Made by a program: the position numbers and the translations under genes. The notes below the pieces were generated by a model. The model had not been told where the DNA came from and made no database searches. It saw only the letters and a program-made list of their open reading frames with translations. DNA of 64,000 bases, from NCBI RefSeq assembly GCF_001194135.2, contig NC_068984.1:104880173-104944172 (forward strand), written 5' to 3'. How positions within the stretch are numbered: the stretch's first letter is position 1; each line of letters begins with the position of its first letter. Below, piece by piece: positions 62,001 through 64,000 of the stretch. This stretch comes from Octopus bimaculoides. Lineage: Eukaryota.

Positions 62001-64000
62001 TAGCTCTAACATCAAACAGTTTTCCTCTGCTAAAATTTCTCACACATCTGTTTAACAGCAATATATTCTTCATTTCAATAGCCAGTCAAAACAACTGAAA
62101 TATTTTGAACTACTATTTGTTGTTGTAAGTCATCATCATCATCATTATTATCATCAACAACAATAAGAAACTATTTGAACAATTAGAAGTTAAATAAATA
62201 CCTTGTTTTTAAAGATAATTATGTCAGTCATATTTTTAAGGTAGAGAAAAACAATAAACTTTTGTTTTTTCTGTGACATAGTAAAACAATTAGTTTCAGA
62301 TGTTAAGACTACAATAACAAAACTGAAGTTTTAAAAGTTATCAAGTACTTTTTCCCTTTTTAATGCCACTCATTTGTGCAGCTTAAATTCTTGAGCAAGG
62401 TCTTTTTTATATATATATAAAAAAAAGAGAACACACTTACTTTAATGTATTTTAGGTATTAAAAAAACAACAAAGTGTATCGGAATGTTTTAAGCAGAAT
62501 ATCTTTGATGGATTGAAAAAAAAAACCCCATTGTAATGGTGCTGAAACAATTAAAACAAAAAAGAAAAGAACTACATATTATTTGCTGTAAGGGGGGAAA
62601 AAAGGCATAAATAAAGCTAATAAAGTAGATACAGGATGAAAGTTGCAGTAATTAGCAGTAAAAGACATGGTTGTAATTCATACAGTAACTAAATTAATTA
62701 AACAGAACCTCTCATAAATTTTTCTCTAAATGTGTTTGACATATTTCAATATCATATGTTCATATGTATTATATATCTGATGTCTTTATAATTAGACTAA
62801 CTTATTTTGTTTTTAATTTCATAACCTTTACTAGTCACAGAAATACTTCTAACAAAATATTGAGAAAAGTCATTTCACAAAGTAGGAGTTCTCAAATCAG
62901 TTTCAATTGCTGTTGGAAACAAATTTCAGGCTGATAAAAAGGTATAATTTAAAATATATGCATTCTTTAGATCCAACCACAGATTAAATGAATGCATCAT
63001 GTATTATATCTTACCTAAGGATATATATATATCAATGAATTCCAATAACATTATTTGACAGCATGACACATCAATCACTAACCCAATATATTAAACATGA
63101 AAATATAATGCTTCTTATAGCAGTTCTAATTTACTCTCATATCCTGGAGGCAGGTAAAATTCAATCATTTACAAATGAGGAGCTAGCAATATGAAGAACC
63201 GAATTCATTTTAATAAAAGAAAGCAGAATAAAATGCTGGTTGAAAATAATGACTTAGCAATTCAAAGGAACAAAAGCTTCTCTTAAAGTGAAATATTATT
63301 GACATACTTATTTTATTTTCTTCATTGCTTCATATATATATATAAAGAAGTAATTCAAGGAAATTTCTGTTTATAGATACAAATTCGATATTTTTTATTT
63401 ATTTAACATGCATGCATCCCAGTAACATGAAACAAGTGAAATTATATATACATATATTATACATATAATATATACAAATAATATTCTAGAGAAAGAAGTG
63501 CTAAGATAGTTTTGTATCTCATTGCATATTATACATCTTTAAAAAAATATTGACATCATCAAAGAAAAGAAGCAAACAAGTACCAGCAAAGGAGAAAATC
63601 ACATTCATAAAAATACTAAAATAAAAATATAAACAGTAGTGAAGGGGGAAAAAAACCGCACAAATATACATGTGAAGATAAAAACATCACTTGGGTGGGT
63701 GGAAGTACAATTAGAGAAGAGTAAATCTATCTATCTACCTGTCTATCTGCCTGTTTGTCAGTCTGTCTTTCTCTCACTCTCCATATATATGATTTGTATG
63801 TTTTGTTTTTGTAAAATTTGCAAATAGAGAAGAACAAGCATGTGTGGATAAGATATTCATCTGTACAAGAAAATACATATATGTAAATGTGTGTGTGTGT
63901 GTGTGTGTATGTGTGTAAATGCTTGTTAAATCATGCATGAGTAGAAATGCAGTTTAGCAAATTTATATGTGTGCATGTATATATATATATATATATATAT

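Noticed and set aside
63015-63143. Minus-strand 129-nt exon candidate (ctccag| ... TAG|gtaaga)
   Set aside because: Stops in all three frames; could only be UTR and nothing else supports it.
373-63827. Most ORF-track entries (YIYI, CVCV, HTHT, SLSL, poly-L/N/X peptides)
   Set aside because: Translations of microsatellites, N gaps or antisense TE strands; no splice or homology support.

Overview
64 kb of AT-rich animal genomic DNA with six N gaps. The SINE, RTE, mariner and microsatellite content suggests an octopus/coleoid cephalopod (inference from repeat families, not proven). Nearly all ORF-track entries are microsatellite or transposon debris. One well-supported host coding exon lies on the minus strand (2535-2665): the first ankyrin-region exon of a RAI14/UACA/ANKRD24-type protein, so much of the window is probably intron or 5' flank of that gene. 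A candidate 75-nt first exon (40330-40404, minus, phase-compatible) encodes an N-terminal PCNA-binding (PIP)-like motif resembling the MSH6 N-terminus. It has an E2F-type site upstream and sits between two inward-facing Helitron-type 5' ends. Mobile DNA includes RTE LINE pieces, an R4/Dong piece, a decayed Ty3/Gypsy with its 3' LTR, two mariners (one a fold-back of two 3' ends), a mariner-type MITE, non-autonomous Helitrons, many tRNA-derived SINEs and Penelope-like (PLE) GIY-YIG relics. The most unusual pattern is three unrelated fold-back elements (6.3-6.9, 29.7-30.6, 37.0-37.3 kb), each carrying a minimal hammerhead-ribozyme motif with the same CUGAAGA+A core variant; one is a tRNA-headed SINE dimer flanked by a 15-bp target-site duplication. 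All alignments and counts were made by eye; protein and consensus comparisons are from memory, with no database searches run.
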